A stretch of 64,000 bases of DNA from contig CAWKHF010000012.1 of assembly GCA_963849325.1 (NCBI GenBank), positions 416,001 through 480,000 of the forward strand. Reading direction: 5' to 3'. The first letter of the stretch is position 1; the number at the start of each line of letters is the position of its first letter. This stretch comes from an uncultured Planctomycetota bacterium (GTDB taxonomy: Bacteria; Planctomycetota; Planctomycetia; Gemmatales; Gemmataceae). A model generated the notes under the pieces. The model had not been told where the DNA came from and made no database searches. It saw nothing but the letters and a program-made list of their open reading frames with translations. Both the position numbers and the translations under genes were made by a program. Shown piece by piece: positions 30,923 to 41,207 of this stretch.

Positions 30923-31639
30923 ATGTCTTTGCTTGCGCGTGGCTTGCGGGCCGCTTACGTTCTCACCCTTCTGTTGGCGGTTTCGTTGCTGGTTCGGCCC
31001 GGAGAGTCTCGGGGGCAATTCCGGGGAGCCATGCCCCCTCCGCCCCTTCGACTGCCGATCAACAATTTCATGGACACCACCGGGAACTTCGGCTTCGGTG
31101 GTTTCGGCGCCTTCGGTCAGTTCGGCTTCCCGACGTTCGCCTCCCCGACGTTCGCCTATCCGGTCTATCCCTTTTACCGAGTTGGTGTCGTCCCTGGCTT
31201 CGGCTTCGGAGGTTTCAACGGCTTCGGCTTCGGCGGTTTCCCCGTTGGCGGCTTTGGCTTTCCCGTAGGCGGCTTCAATGGCTTCGGCTTCAATGGCTTC
31301 GGCTTCAATGGCTTCGGATTGAACGGCTTCGGCTTCAATGGCTTCGGATTGAACGGCTTCGGATTGAACGGCTTCGGCTTCAATGGCTTCGGATTGAACG
31401 GCTTCGGATTGAACGGCTTCGGCTTCAATGGCTTCGGATTCAACCGTTTCGGCTTCAACGGTTTTGGGGCCGTTGGTTTCCCCGTTATGGGCTTCGGGGG
31501 GAACTTCGCCCGAGTCGGCATCGCCGGCTTGCCGCCGCTTGGTGGTTTCGCTGGCGTTGGAGGCTTGCCAGGCTTCGGCGGTTTCGCGGGTTTCGCCGGA
31601 AAAGCGTTCGGCGGTTTCAACGGTCGAAACGGTCTTTGA
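30923..31639 (+). CDS. Secreted Gly/Phe/Asn-rich repeat protein 1
   Basis: GGAGG RBS; signal peptide; QFRGAMPPPPLR motif; 13 x (F/L)NGFG; paralogous to the next gene. Confidence 0.75.
   Translation: MSLLARGLRAAYVLTLLLAVSLLVRPGESRGQFRGAMPPPPLRLPINNFMDTTGNFGFGGFGAFGQFGFPTFASPTFAYPVYPFYRVGVVPGFGFGGFNGFGFGGFPVGGFGFPVGGFNGFGFNGFGFNGFGLNGFGFNGFGLNGFGLNGFGFNGFGLNGFGLNGFGFNGFGFNRFGFNGFGAVGFPVMGFGGNFARVGIAGLPPLGGFAGVGGLPGFGGFAGFAGKAFGGFNGRNGL
31274..31468 (+). repeat. Coding 15-bp tandem repeat x13
   Basis: ttcaatggcttcggc / ttgaacggcttcgga units encoding (F/L)NGFG. Confidence 0.9.
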
Positions 31640-31771
31640 TGGTCTTTACCGAGGACACGTCTTGGCCTCGGTATCGTGACGCCCTCGTAGGCGAGTGGTT
31701 TCGCCCCTTTTGGTTCAGGAGTCGTTTGCAACAACTCCCTCCTCGAACCCATTTCTGTGTAGGAGGCTCCT

Positions 31772-32452
31772 ATGACGCACTTCGGACGCTCGCTGCGAGT
31801 CGCTTACGTCCTGGCGCTGTCTGTCTGTGTGGGATTGCTGGTATGGCCGCGCTCATCGACAGGGCAATTCCGAGGGTCCATGCCTCCGCCGCCCCTACGG
31901 CCGCCGATGAGCAATCTCCTCACCGACAGCACGGGGAATGTTGGCCTGGTCGGTATGGTCGGCGGGGCCAGCATCATGGGCCTCCCCACCGCACCAGGAT
32001 TCGGCTTCACGGCTCTAGGCGGGGCAGGCATCAGCGGTTTCAACGGTTTCGGTCTGGGTGGCGGCTTGAGCGGTCTGGGTGGCGGTTTTAGCGGGTTCGG
32101 TAGCATTGCCGGCCTGGGCGGCTTCCCCGGAAGCATCGCGGGTCTGGGCGGCTTCGGCACCTTTGCCGGGAACATTGGCGGACTCGGAGGCTTGGCTGGC
32201 ATCGCCGGCTTCAACGGACTGGGCCTGAATGGTCTCGGTGCTGGTTTCAATGGTCTCGGCCTGCGCGGCATAAACGGGGGCTTGGTCGGCATCAATGGCC
32301 TGGGAGGTTTCGCCGGCCTGGCCGGCAATTTCGCCGGCATCGCCGGGAACATCGGGGGCTTGGGAGCGGGCGGTATTGTCCCCGGAGGCTTCGGAGGTTT
32401 CGCCGGCAAAGGCTTCGGTATTGGCGGCTTTGGCGGTCGCAAAGGTCTCTAA
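31772..32452 (+). CDS. Secreted Gly-rich repeat protein 2
   Basis: AGGAGG RBS; signal peptide; QFRGSMPPPPLR; ends GGFAGKGFGIGGFGGRKGL. Confidence 0.75.
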   Translation: MTHFGRSLRVAYVLALSVCVGLLVWPRSSTGQFRGSMPPPPLRPPMSNLLTDSTGNVGLVGMVGGASIMGLPTAPGFGFTALGGAGISGFNGFGLGGGLSGLGGGFSGFGSIAGLGGFPGSIAGLGGFGTFAGNIGGLGGLAGIAGFNGLGLNGLGAGFNGLGLRGINGGLVGINGLGGFAGLAGNFAGIAGNIGGLGAGGIVPGGFGGFAGKGFGIGGFGGRKGL

Positions 32453-32466
32453 AAGGGAGCAGAGCA

Positions 32467-32528
32467 GTCCGAACCGCGACCGTCTGGGAGCGGAAGCAAA
32501 ACCGCTCGCTGACGCTCGCGGCTCGGAC
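32467..32528. repeat. REP-like palindrome family C (hybrid arms)
   Basis: Left arm is the ccgcgaccgtc.gggagcgg type; right arm is the ccgctcgctgacgctcgcgg type. Confidence 0.8.
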
Positions 32529-32653
32529 AGCGACCGCCAGGAGGAGATGATTGATCGGCGACACGACCGGGGGTAAAATGCTCCGCACCTGCAATGATCT
32601 CTTTTCTCGGGGTCGGCATCCGCGGATTGACCCCGAGCTTGCGGAGTGCAACC

Positions 32654-35316
32654 GTGACCCGGACCTGCAAGCAGTGCCGCCGCGTCAACCCGGATGAGGC
32701 GGCTTATTGTTACCATGACGGCGTCGCGTTGGAGCCGCGGGGAGGCGGGGCCATCGACGTCGGTTCCCACCCTTTCGGCGTCCCTTTCGTTTTCCCCTCG
32801 GGCCGAACCTGTGTGAACTTCAAGCAGCTGGCCCTGGCCTGCCATGAGGACCGGAAAGCGGCCCACAGTCTGCTGCGACTGGGGCACTCTGGAATCCTTC
32901 CTGGCCGGACAGGGAAGGTCCGACCTCGCCCGCGCCGCCCGCGCCGCCGCTCGCGCCGCCGACCGCGATCGTGGCCTGGACGACTTTCTCGGCCGACTGC
33001 CCGGCGGGGCTTTGACGCCGGCCCGACTCCGTGCCGAGCCGTCCCTTCTCGACCTGGGCGATCTGCGCCCCGGCGAGGATCGCCGCTGTGAGCTGGTGCT
33101 GCGCAACGAAGGCATGAGGCTGCTGTATGGCTCGGCCAGCTGCGAGGACGTTCCCTGGCTGGCCCTGGGCGACGGGGCCGTACTGCGGCGGAAGATCTTT
33201 CAGGTCCACGACCGTGCCGTTCTGCCGATCCGCGTCCTGGGCAAGAGCCTGCACGCCTACGGCAAGCCGCAGGAAGCCGAGATTCGGCTGGAGTCCAGCG
33301 GCGGAGCGCTGACGGTGCTGCTGCGCGTGCGCGTGCTCGCCCAGCCGTTCCCCGAGGGCGTGTTGGCGGGGGCGCGGAGTCCGCGTCAGCTGGCGGAGAA
33401 GGCCCGCGACGCCCCAAAAGAGGCGGCGCCATTGATCGAGAGTGGGGCCGTGGCCCGCTGGTACAAGGCCAACGGCTGGGACTATCCGGTAGTTGGGCCG
33501 ACCGCCTCCGCCCTGGCCGCCGTGCAGCAACTGTTCGAGGCGCTGGGACTGGTCAAGCCGCCGCGCGTGGAACTAGGCGAGGACGCGGTCGTCATGGACG
33601 GCCGGCCCGGCCAGGCCGTCGATTATGTCATCGCCGTGGTCTCGCAGGAGAACCGCGCGGCGGTGGCGTTCGGCAGCAGCGACCAGCCGTGGTTGCACGT
33701 CGGCCCGACCGTGTTCCGCGGCCGCAGCGCCTTCGTGCCCCTCCACGTCCCGAAGGTATCCGGGCAGCCCGGCGAAACGCGAACCGCCAACGTGTCGATC
33801 GCGGCCAACGGGGGCCAACGCTTCGTGGTGCCGGTCACGCTGGTGGTCGGCAGCCGGCCTCCCGTGGCGGAGCTGGTGACGGCCCCCAAACCCGCTCCGG
33901 TCCCGGCCCGAGCCGGCCCCCGCCGTCGTGCCTGCCTCGCCCGTGCCACGGGCGGCGCCGGCGCCGCTGCCCTCTCCACCGAACCGCGCCGGCGGATTGG
34001 GCTGGGTCACGATTTTGGCCGGTTGCCTGCTGATCGTGGTCCTCCTGGGCGCGGCGCTGCGCGATTACCTCGCCCCGGCGGCGGCCGACGGCGGGCCGCC
34101 CGCCGAGCAACTCGATCCGGTGCCGCGCATCGCCATCCGCCTTCACGACGCCAAGAAAGACGACGAACTAGAGAGGCTCTGGTTGACCGATCCCCAGCCC
34201 ACCCGGCGCTTCGGCGTGGTGACGCTGCACAACGGCAAGGAGGTCGGCCAGGGCGTCGCCCTCCAACGCCTCACCTTCGACCCCTGGGGCCGTACCAATA
34301 ACGCCTGCCTCCGCTTCGACCACACCGACGAGCGTCTCTTCGGCGGCGCTCGCGGCCGCTGGCAGCAGAGCGCGGTACCGAACTGGACCGACGAGCGGGG
34401 GACGCACGACGGCGTCAAGTCCGTCTGGGTCTGCGAGGACAAGAAGGTTGAGGTCACTCAGTTCGTCGAGATGGTTCGCGGCGAGCAGAGCCGGCTGTTG
34501 GACACCTGCCGCGTGCGCTACCAGATCGAAAACCGCGATAGCAAGGAGTACACGGTCGGCATCCGTTTCCTGCTGGACACCTATATCGGCGGCAACGACG
34601 GCGTGCCCTTCACCATCCCCGGCGAGAACGAGCTGTGCGATACCTTGAAGGACCTGCCGGCGCAGGCCAAGGACAAGAAAGTCCCCGATTTCCTGCAGGC
34701 GCTGGAGAAGCCGGACCTCGCCCACCCCGGGACCGTGGCCCATCTGCGGCTGAAGCTGGAGGAGGCGGAGCCGCCGGTGCGCGTCACGCTCGGCGCCTGG
34801 CCGAATGAGAAGCTGCGCGTCCTGGTCCGCAAGAACGCGGACGGGCCTTCGACGCTCTGGGACGTGCCGTTGCTGTCGATGAAGTCGCTCGACCTCAACG
34901 ACTCGGCCATCGTCCTTTACTGGCCGGAGCAACCGCTGAAGCCGGGCCAGAAACGCGACGTCGGATTCGAGTACGGTCTGTGGGACCTGGCCAGCGAAGG
35001 CAGCCGGCTGGCGGTCACGGTCGATGGCGTCTTTCGCCCCGAGGGCGAGCTGACCGTGGTGGCCTACGTCAACACGGGCGGTTCGGACCACGAGGACGAG
35101 ACCGTGACCCTGACGTTGCCGGACGGCTTCCGTCTCCTGCAGGGGACCGATACGCAACTGGTCCCACAGCAGCGCCGCGACGCGAAGACCGGCAATCGCC
35201 CGATCACCTGGAAGGTCCGAGCAGGGTCCGTGGGCAAATACCAGCTGACGGTGAAAACCGGCTCCGGTTCCTCCAAGAGCATCCCGGTGGAGATCAAGAG
35301 TCCGTCGATCTTTTAA
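32654..35316 (+). CDS. Large bitopic protein: Zn ribbon, helical and Ig-like (BACON-like) modules, Pro linker, TM, extracytoplasmic beta domain (frameshifts near 32885 and 33920)
   Basis: CKQC...CYHDG; 'LDLGDL...LRNEG...VPWL'; 'SDQPWL'; TM 'WVTILAGCLLIVVLLGAAL'; 'VGIRFLLDTYIGGNDGVPF'. Confidence 0.6.
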
Positions 35317-35346
35317 GGTTTCATTGATAGCCGTGGATGACCTGCC

Positions 35347-36259
35347 ATGTCGTTTCGCTTGTTCGTCGTCTGGTGTGCGCTCTGTGGCGGTTGGTCCGCC
35401 GTGGCGGGCTGGGCCTTGGGCCGGCAACTCGGCGGCGATCATCCTCTGGGCGGCACGGGCCTCAAGGGCATGTTCCTAGGAATGTCCATCGCCTTGGCCC
35501 TGGGCACCGTGGACGCCCTGTGGGTCTACTCGCTTCGCCAGATCGGCCGCATCGTCCCGCGCGTCCTGATCGGCGTGGCTGTCGGCGGCATCGGCGGTCT
35601 GGTCGGCGGCGTCGCCGGACAACTTCTGTTCGACTGGAAGGACCTGGACAGCCTGCGCGTCTTCGGCTGGGTGCTCACCGGCTTCCTCGTTGGGGCTTCC
35701 ATCGGCGCCTATGACTTTTTGCGGAGCTGGGTGCGCGAGGAGGAACTGGGCTGGGTGACGGGACGCCTGGTCCGCGGCGTCGTGGGTGGGGCGATCGGCG
35801 GACTGCTGGGAGGGGTCTTGGCCTGGAAGCTGGACGAAGTGGGGGTCCACGTCTTTCCGGGCAAGAGCGGGCTGTGGAGTCCCAGTCTGACCGGGTTCGT
35901 GGTGCTGGGGCTGTGCATCGGTCTGTTGATCGGCGTGGCCAAGGTCGCCCTCAAGGAAGCGTGGTTGACGGTCGAGGCCGGCTTCCGCAAGGGCCGCGAA
36001 GTGTTGCTGGACAAGCCGATGTTGACGGTCGGCCGGGCCGAATCGTGCGACCTCGGACTGTTCCGCGACCCCGCCATCGAAAAGCTGCACGCCCGCATCT
36101 ATCAACAGGACGGCCGCCACCTCATCGCCGACGCCGGCACCGGACCCGGAACCTACGTCAACGGCGTGCGGATCGCGGGGCCGACGCCGCTGCGCCGGCG
36201 ACCTGATTCGGGTCGGGAATGCCCTGCTCCGCTTCAGCGAACGGGCGAAACGGACCTAG
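35347..36259 (+). CDS. Gly-rich multi-TM protein with C-terminal FHA domain (indel near 36195)
   Basis: ~6 Gly-rich TMs, then 'VGRAESCDLGL...HARI...GTYVNG...GDLIRVG'. Confidence 0.8.
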
Positions 36260-36275
36260 AAACGAATTCCCACCA

Positions 36276-36334
36276 ACTAGCCCGGAGCGTCCGCGACGGG
36301 TTGACACAACCCGTCGCGGACGCTCCGGGCTGGT
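36276..36334. repeat. REP-like palindrome family D, copy 2
   Basis: actagcccggagcgtccgcgacgggttg...caacccgtcgcggacgctccgggctggt. Confidence 0.85.
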
Positions 36335-36345
36335 AGGGAGGACGA

Positions 36346-37827
36346 TTATTTCGTCTGGAGAAGTTGCAGTTTGGAACTGAGATCCTTGGCGAGGTTGGCC
36401 TGCTTGAGAAATAGCAGGGCGAAGCAGGTATCGAGGACAGGAGTGCTGCCGTAGTAGGAGCCGTTCATCCAACTGCCATCGGTCCACTGGCGGGGCAGCA
36501 GTACCTTGCTGCCCCAGGCGTACCAGTCCTTATCGCCGATCTTCCGTAAGTTGTAGAGCACTCCCACGCGCTCCAGCGACCACAGGAAGTACAGGTCCGG
36601 CGGCCGCTTCTCGCCGGGCCGATCGATCTCGCGCTCCAGCATACCCAAGGCCCTCTTGATGGCCGGATCGTCGAGGGGTTTCTGCTTTTTTTCCCGGACG
36701 TCCGTGGTCACGGCATGGGCCACGGCCAAGCCAAGCAGGCCGGCGCAGGTCATGCTCGGCCAGCGACCGGAATTGATGGTCGCATTGTAGTACCAGCTGC
36801 CGTCCAGGTTCAGGTTATCTCCGGTGGGGTCCGGCGCCGAGGACAGCTGCGTGGCCCGAAAATGCTTCTCAACCAGCGCCATGCTCCGCTCGATGGCGAC
36901 CCCATGTCGCTGGGCCGTCCACAGACCGAGGATGGCGAACTGCGTGTTGGAGTTGTCCCACCCGCCCGGATCGAAGGTGCCTCCGTTGAGCGCCTGTTTC
37001 CGCCATTCGCCGAGCGATTGCTTCTCGTACTTGAGCGCGCGGAGGAATTCGGGGATCTTCGTCCGGTCCAGCATGGGACCGTTGTAACTCCAGCCGCCCT
37101 CGTCCGGGTGCTGGGCGGTCATGAGACACAGGGCTAGGTGCTGAATGAGTCCCTCGTCCTTGGGATCGCCGAGGCGGTCCAGGAACAAAATCGCCAGCGA
37201 ACGCTGGTAGTTCTGGTGGACGTTCCCCAGTTTCTCGACCTGCGCGCGCACGTAAACCGCGGCTTTGCGGACGACGGGATCGGTGGCGGGAACGCCGCAC
37301 TCCAGCAGCGTGAGGGCTGGCAGCGACGCGAAGCCGACCGCGACAGGCGAGGAGCCGTCGGGAAGGGTATCGCCCCAGGTGCCGGCCGGGAGCGTATGGT
37401 CCTTCAAATACCAGACACCCTTGGCGATGGCGTCATCGATCTTGCGTTGTTCCTCGACGTTCACCGCCGCCGGCGCCGGCGGAACTGCGGTGGGTTCGTC
37501 GCCGTCCTCTTCGTAGTGGGCCTGTTCGACGGGGCGGGATTCCTCGGGCTTATGGACGTTGAGGGTGAAGCAGTAGAGGGCCAGGGCTGCGCCGCCGAGC
37601 AGGTACAGCAGTGCTCCCACCATCACGACGGCCAACCGGCCCGAGTTCACCTTCCCGACCGGATTGCCCACCGGACCCGGGGATGGGCTGGCACCGGACT
37701 CCTCGCCGCGGATCGTGAAGAGGGTGGCGCAATGAGGGCATGGGATCGTCTGGCCCGCGCCCACGCCGTTAGTGGACTTCAAACCCTTGCCGCAGTTCGG
37801 ACAGACGACTCGGTTCGTTCGCGCCAT
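36346..37827 (-). CDS. Zn-ribbon + TM + prenyltransferase/squalene-cyclase-repeat protein
   Basis: CPNC..CPHC; TM; 'AIAKGVWYLK', 'QHPDEGGWSY', 'DNSNTQFAILGL', 'YFLWSLERVG', 'TCFALLFLK'. Confidence 0.8.
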   Translation of the reverse strand: MARTNRVVCPNCGKGLKSTNGVGAGQTIPCPHCATLFTIRGEESGASPSPGPVGNPVGKVNSGRLAVVMVGALLYLLGGAALALYCFTLNVHKPEESRPVEQAHYEEDGDEPTAVPPAPAAVNVEEQRKIDDAIAKGVWYLKDHTLPAGTWGDTLPDGSSPVAVGFASLPALTLLECGVPATDPVVRKAAVYVRAQVEKLGNVHQNYQRSLAILFLDRLGDPKDEGLIQHLALCLMTAQHPDEGGWSYNGPMLDRTKIPEFLRALKYEKQSLGEWRKQALNGGTFDPGGWDNSNTQFAILGLWTAQRHGVAIERSMALVEKHFRATQLSSAPDPTGDNLNLDGSWYYNATINSGRWPSMTCAGLLGLAVAHAVTTDVREKKQKPLDDPAIKRALGMLEREIDRPGEKRPPDLYFLWSLERVGVLYNLRKIGDKDWYAWGSKVLLPRQWTDGSWMNGSYYGSTPVLDTCFALLFLKQANLAKDLSSKLQLLQTK

Positions 37828-37945
37828 GGGCGCATCGCTCCGGACTTGAGGAGGGAGACGCGGACGGAGACTTTCGGCATCATAATCGTCTGCCGAGTTC
37901 CTCTCAAGGAAAAAGGAGGGTCCACCGATCGACGGCGACATGGGA

Positions 37946-38005
37946 TCCGAGCCGCGAGCGTCAGCGAGCGGTGCTTTCTCCGCTCGCTGACGCTCGCGGC
38001 TCGGA
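37946..38005. repeat. REP-like palindrome family C'
   Basis: tccgagccgcgagcgtcagcgagcgg...ccgctcgctgacgctcgcggctcgga; same arms at 46801. Confidence 0.9.
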
Positions 38006-38182
38006 CACCGATTCTTCACCTTGTCTTCCGGGTCCGTCCCGCGAATTGCGAATCTTTCCCCGGTAGGCCGGCATCTAAGGCACGTCCCGAGGAGGCTCCT
38101 GCCGAAAGGTCCGCGGCCAGGAGGCTCGCTTGGGTTGACCCTCGTGTCGCCTGGCGCCTCGTTCCGGGAGGAGATTTTCCGC

Positions 38183-39187
38183 ATGTCGTTCACGGAGGCG
38201 TATCGTCATCAGCGGATCCTGGTTACGGGGGCCGGCGGATTCATCGGCTCGCATCTGGTAGGGGCCCTCGTGTCGGCAGGCGCCCGCGTCCGGGCCATGC
38301 TGCGCTACTCGTCGCGCGCCGACGCCGGCAGCCTGGAGTTCCTCTCGGGGGACGACCGCCGCCGCGTGGAAGTCCTTCGCGGAGACATCCGCGATCCCTA
38401 CTTCGTCATGCAGGCCGCCGAGGGAGTGGACGTGATCTTCCACCTGGCGGCCCTCATGGGCATCCCCTACTCCTACGAGGCCCCGGAAGCCTACGTGGCG
38501 ACGAACGTCTCCGGCACCCTCTGCGTCCTGGAGGCGGCCCGGCGCCAGGGCGTCCGCCGCGTCGTCCATACCAGCACCAGCGAGGTCTACGGGACCGCGC
38601 AATATCGGCCCATCGACGAGAAGCACCCCATCGTCGCGCAGTCTCCCTACGCCGCCACCAAGGTCGGCGCGGACAAACTCGCCGAGAGCTACCACTGTAC
38701 CTTCGGACTGCCGGTCGTGACGGTTCGGCCCTTCAACACCTTCGGGCCTCGCCAGTCCGGCCGCGCCATCGCCCCCACGATCCTGGCGCAGCTGCTGCTC
38801 GGCCGGCCGTGTCTGCACCTGGGCTCCCTGGAGCCGGAGCGCGACCTCACCTACGTCAGCGACACGGTGGCCGGAATGCTGGCCCTCGGCGCCTGTGACG
38901 CCGCCCTCGGCAAGGCGGTCAACCTCGGCACGGGTTCCTGCCTCTCGGTCGGCGAGTTGGCCCACAAGTGCATGACGATTGCCGGCCGGGAGGTGCCCAT
39001 CGTCGTCGATCCCAACCGAGTGCGGCCGCCCACCAGCGAGGTGCTGGCCCTGGTCAGCGACAATCGGCTGGCCCGCGACCTGTGCGGTTGGCGGCCGCGC
39101 GTTTGCGTGGAGGAGGGATTGCGGCAGTGCGCCGACTTCATCCGAGCCCATCCCGAGTTGTATCAACCCGAGGAGTATCAACGATGA
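38183..39187 (+). CDS. NAD-dependent sugar 4,6-dehydratase/epimerase (LegB-like)
   Basis: VTGAGGFIGSHL, HLAALMGIPYSY, TSTSEVYG, YAATK, RPFNTFGPRQS. Confidence 0.9.
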   Translation: MSFTEAYRHQRILVTGAGGFIGSHLVGALVSAGARVRAMLRYSSRADAGSLEFLSGDDRRRVEVLRGDIRDPYFVMQAAEGVDVIFHLAALMGIPYSYEAPEAYVATNVSGTLCVLEAARRQGVRRVVHTSTSEVYGTAQYRPIDEKHPIVAQSPYAATKVGADKLAESYHCTFGLPVVTVRPFNTFGPRQSGRAIAPTILAQLLLGRPCLHLGSLEPERDLTYVSDTVAGMLALGACDAALGKAVNLGTGSCLSVGELAHKCMTIAGREVPIVVDPNRVRPPTSEVLALVSDNRLARDLCGWRPRVCVEEGLRQCADFIRAHPELYQPEEYQR

Positions 39188-39976
39188 GCCGCGTCGTCAT
39201 CCAGGCCGGCGGCAAAGGCACTCGTCTTTATCCGTATACTCACGTGCTGCCCAAGCCCCTCATGCCCATCGAGGAGGCCCCCATCCTGGAGATCGTCGTC
39301 CGCCAGCTCGTTCACCACGGCTTCCGCGATCTGACCATCACGATCGGCCCCCTCGGCCATCTCATCATGGCCGTGCTGGGCGACGGGATGCGCTGGGGGG
39401 CGCGGATTCAGTACGCTGCGGGAACGCAAGCCACGCGGCACCATTGGCGCGCTGAGCGGCCTGCATGGCATCAACGAGCCGGTGCTGGTGATGAACGGCG
39501 ACCTGCTGACCGACTTCAACTTCCGCGACTTCATGGACGCCCACTTCGCCGGCGCGACCGACCTGTCGGTCGGCATTTACACCAAGGAAGTCCCGGTTTC
39601 CCTCGGCGTGTTCGACCTCGACGAGAACAACAAGGCGGTCGGCTTCCGCGAGAAGCCGATCCTGTCCTTCCGCTGCAGCATGGGCATCTACGCTCTCAAC
39701 CCGGCCCTCCTGTCGCTCATCCCGCGCACGGGAATGTTCGGCTTCGACGACCTGATGGAACTGTGCCTGTCGCAGCGCATCGCCGTCCGCGCCCATCCGT
39801 TCGACGGACTGTGGCTGGACATCGGCCGGCCAGAGGATTACGCCTGCGCCGCCAAGCTGTTCCGCGAGCACCGCGCCCGTCTGCTGCCGCCGCGACCGCC
39901 GCACCTACCCGGCAACGGCGACGTGACGCGGGACGAACTCGACCGGCCGCCCCTTCCCGAGGCGCTGACGATCTGA
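39184..39976 (+). CDS. Sugar-phosphate nucleotidyltransferase (frameshift near 39420)
   Basis: QAGGKGTRLYPYT..LPKPLMP, VMNGDLLTD, FREKP, WLDIGRPEDY. Confidence 0.9.
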
Positions 39977-39978
39977 GC

Positions 39979-41121
39979 ATGAGCACCTGGCGAATCCCCC
40001 TGTTCGACGCACGCTTCGGTCCCGAGGAGGAGGAGGCGGTGCTGCGGCCGTTGCGGGCCGGCTGGCTCACCATGGGCGAGGAAGTCCTTCGCCTCGAAGA
40101 AGAGTTGGCCGCCCTCACGGGGGCCAAGTACGCCCTGGCCGTCTCCAGCTGCACGGCCGCCCTGCACCTGGCCTGTGCCGCCCTGGACGTCGGGCCGGGC
40201 GACGAGGTCCTGTGTCCGACCCTGACCTTCGTCGCCGGCGCCAACGCGCCGCGCGCCCTGGGCGCGCACGTTCGCCTGTGCGAATCCATCGGCACCGAAG
40301 ACCTGGGCGTCGATCCCGACTCGATCGCGGCCCTAATTAATCATCGGACGAAAGCGGTCGTCGTTGTCCACTATGCCGGCTTCGCCTGCCGCATGGAGGA
40401 CGTGCTGGCGTTGGCCGACGCCCGCGCGATTCCGGTGATCGAGGATTGCGCCCACGCCCTGTTCACGACCTACCGAGGCAAGGTGCTCGGCCTGCACGGG
40501 CGCGTCGGCTGCTTCAGCTTCTTCTCGAACAAGAACGCCACCTGCGGCGAGGGCGGCGCCCTCGTCACCGACGACGCGGCCCTCGCCGAACGACTGCGCC
40601 TGCTGCGCTCGCACGGCATGACGACGCCGACACTCGAACGTCATCGCGGCCGCGCCTACAGCTATGACGTTCTCGTTCCGGGTTTCAACTACCGCATGGA
40701 TGAGGTCCGAGCCGCCCTCCTCCGCGTCCAGCTCCGCCGATTGCCGGCCTTCCTGCGCCGCCGCCGCCACCTCTTCCGCCTCTACGCGGAACGCCTCCAG
40801 GACACGCCAGTCCAACTCCCCTTCACCGGCGCGCGACATCAGGCAGAATGGGAGAATACGGCGATCCACATTCTCCCCATCATTCTCCCGGCGGGCACGG
40901 ATCGCGCCGCGGTCATGGGCCGCCTCAAGGAAGCGGGGATTCAAACGAGCATCCATTACCCCCCGGTCCATTCCTTCACCGCCTACCGGGACGACGGACA
41001 GGAGCTGCCGCACACCGACGCTCTAGCGGCACGGGAGCTGACCTTGCCCCTCTATCCGGGGATGAGCGACGACAACGTGGACACCGTCGTCACGGCCCTA
41101 CTGCGGTCCCTGCGCGGATGA
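39979..41121 (+). CDS. DegT/DnrJ/EryC1/StrS aminotransferase
   Basis: SSCTAALHLA, VVHYAG, IEDCAHA, FSFFSNKN..CGEGG, GFNYRM. Confidence 0.92.
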   Translation: MSTWRIPLFDARFGPEEEEAVLRPLRAGWLTMGEEVLRLEEELAALTGAKYALAVSSCTAALHLACAALDVGPGDEVLCPTLTFVAGANAPRALGAHVRLCESIGTEDLGVDPDSIAALINHRTKAVVVVHYAGFACRMEDVLALADARAIPVIEDCAHALFTTYRGKVLGLHGRVGCFSFFSNKNATCGEGGALVTDDAALAERLRLLRSHGMTTPTLERHRGRAYSYDVLVPGFNYRMDEVRAALLRVQLRRLPAFLRRRRHLFRLYAERLQDTPVQLPFTGARHQAEWENTAIHILPIILPAGTDRAAVMGRLKEAGIQTSIHYPPVHSFTAYRDDGQELPHTDALAARELTLPLYPGMSDDNVDTVVTALLRSLRG

Positions 41122-41129
41122 GATTCTCT

Positions 41130-41180
41130 CGGAGCCGGAAGCGCGAGCGAGGGATACCTTCGCTTACGCTTCCGGTTCCG
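41130..41180. repeat. REP-like palindrome (family B variant)
   Basis: cggagccggaagcgcgagcgaggg...ccttcgcttacgcttccggttccg. Confidence 0.75.
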
Positions 41181-41207
41181 ATGGATGTTCTTCATGGAGA
41201 CGTTGGC

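Noticed and set aside
31274-31468. Possible CRISPR array
   Set aside because: Contiguous 15-bp coding repeats with no unique spacers; no cas genes in the window
31174-32442. Minus-strand Pro/Lys-rich ORFs (KPKPLKPKPFNP...)
   Set aside because: Antisense shadows of the Gly-rich genes; the RBS, signal peptides and promoter are on the plus strand
38968-41121. Nucleotidyltransferase-aminotransferase fusion (717-aa ORF)
   Set aside because: A frameshift near 39420 creates it; the transferase C-half ends at 39976 in another frame
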